Below, piece by piece: positions 62,868 to 64,000 of a DNA stretch of 64,000 nucleotides. Within the stretch, counting starts at the first letter, position 1; each line of letters opens with the position of its first letter. Source of the DNA: Mobula hypostoma (taxonomy: Eukaryota); NCBI RefSeq assembly GCF_963921235.1, contig NC_086108.1, positions 15,810,001-15,874,000 of the forward strand. Direction: 5' to 3'. The notes beneath the pieces were generated by a model, which was given only the letters and a program-made list of their open reading frames with translations, was not told where the DNA came from and did not search any database. A program made the translations under genes and the position numbers.

Positions 62868-63350
62868 TGAGGGGTGATTGATAAGTTCGTGGCCTAAGGT
62901 AGAAGGAGTCAATTTTAGAAAACCTAGCACATTTACTTTTCAACATAGTCCCCTCCTACATGTACACACTTAGTCCAGCGGTCATGGAGCATACGGATCC
63001 TTTCTTTGTAGAGGTGGTCCACAGCAGGGGTGATTGATAAGTTTGTGGCCTTAGGTAGAAGGAGATGAGTTATACAGCTCTCGTTACATGCACGTGCAGT
63101 TCAATTCTTTGAGTGAAAATGTGGAAAGTTTGGAGTTTCTCCTCATCTTCTACCTTAGACCAGAAACTTATCAATCACCCCTGCTGTGGACCACTTTCTG
63201 GAGGTCCAAGACGCTGACTTCTACAAAGAATGGATATGTATGCTCCACGACTGCTGGACTAAGTGTGTAAATGTAGGAAAAATAAATGTGCTAGGTTTTT
63301 AAAAATTGACTCCTTCTACCTCAGGCCACGAACTTATCAATCACTCTTCG
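62868..63350. mobile_element. Fold-back mariner-derived non-autonomous element
   Basis: TA at 62866-67 and 63351-52. The TIR gaggggtgattgataagttcgtggcctaaggtagaagga occurs four times. Both arms carry a mariner transposase C-terminal remnant (FYKE.I..L...WTKCVNV). Confidence 0.85.
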
Positions 63351-64000
63351 TATGCCCTCTTATTATCAGCACCCCAATGAGAGGAAAAAGATTCTTATTG
63401 TCTCCGCTACCTAAGCTCCACAATTTTGTTTACTTTTGTCAGGTGATCCACTATCCTTCTCACTTCATGGAAAAATAAACCCAGCCTATCCAATCTCTTT
63501 TTAAAACTGAAATGCACCAATCTTGGTGAATCTCCTCTGTACTTTTTCCAGTGCAAAACACAGCTCTTATATTCTTTGCCACAGCTGTTGATGGAAAGCA
63601 TCTCATATTTGTCATCACCAACTTATCTACAGTGCTGCAACTATTATGGATACAGTATATAGACTTGTCTGCCAAGGTCCAATCCTAAGATTTTGCCATT
63701 TACAGTATATGTCCTACTACACTTGATCTTCCAAAATGCAACAGCTTGCATTGTTAGGATTAAATTCCATCTGCCATCACTCAACCAACTTTCCACTGAC
63801 CTATATCACACTGCATCCTGAGACAATACTCAGGATCATGGTCAAGGTTGTACAGCATGGAAACAGGCCATTCAGCCCACTACAACCACACTGATCAGTG
63901 GGAACCCATCTATAGTAATTCCATCTTCCAGCACTTGACCCATATCCATGCATCAGCAAATCAAGTGCTCTTCAATCTAGACATTACTTAAGTGTTGCCA

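Noticed and set aside
1..64000. Nested GPCR gene (GPR52 lies in a RABGAP1L intron in other vertebrates) or any other intact novel gene
   Set aside because: There is no single-exon seven-transmembrane ORF. All long ORFs are TE-derived or antisense to TEs.

Overview
This is eukaryotic vertebrate genomic DNA, not prokaryotic. The repeat landscape (CR1-dominated, V-SINE-like, Penelope, Rex1, RTE, Tc1) suggests a cartilaginous fish such as a ray; that assignment is inference. The window is mostly intronic sequence of a + strand RABGAP1L gene. Only two host coding exons are visible: the first coding exon of the short, TBC-less isoform (32822-32932, MMEEVSITVAYDAHVFSQ...KPKTM) and the shared exon VPTKKLKKYEKEY...DRYK (55916-56008), joined in frame across a 22,983-nt intron. 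Most other ORFs in the track are decayed transposon fragments or their antisense shadows. The most notable non-gene features are: a young Penelope-like family with minimal hammerhead ribozymes, one on the pre-mRNA sense strand with an inverted copy on the other side of the exon; a decayed GalEa-type Ty1/copia element with both LTRs, a tRNA-iMet PBS and a TSD; a solo LTR; a 97-nt GC-rich retrocopy that creates a cryptic splice acceptor; a structured insert with hammerhead core motifs in non-canonical order; and a fold-back mariner derivative. I found no evidence for a new protein-coding system. Boundaries of old TE fragments are approximate; those defined by TSDs or TIRs were counted base by base.
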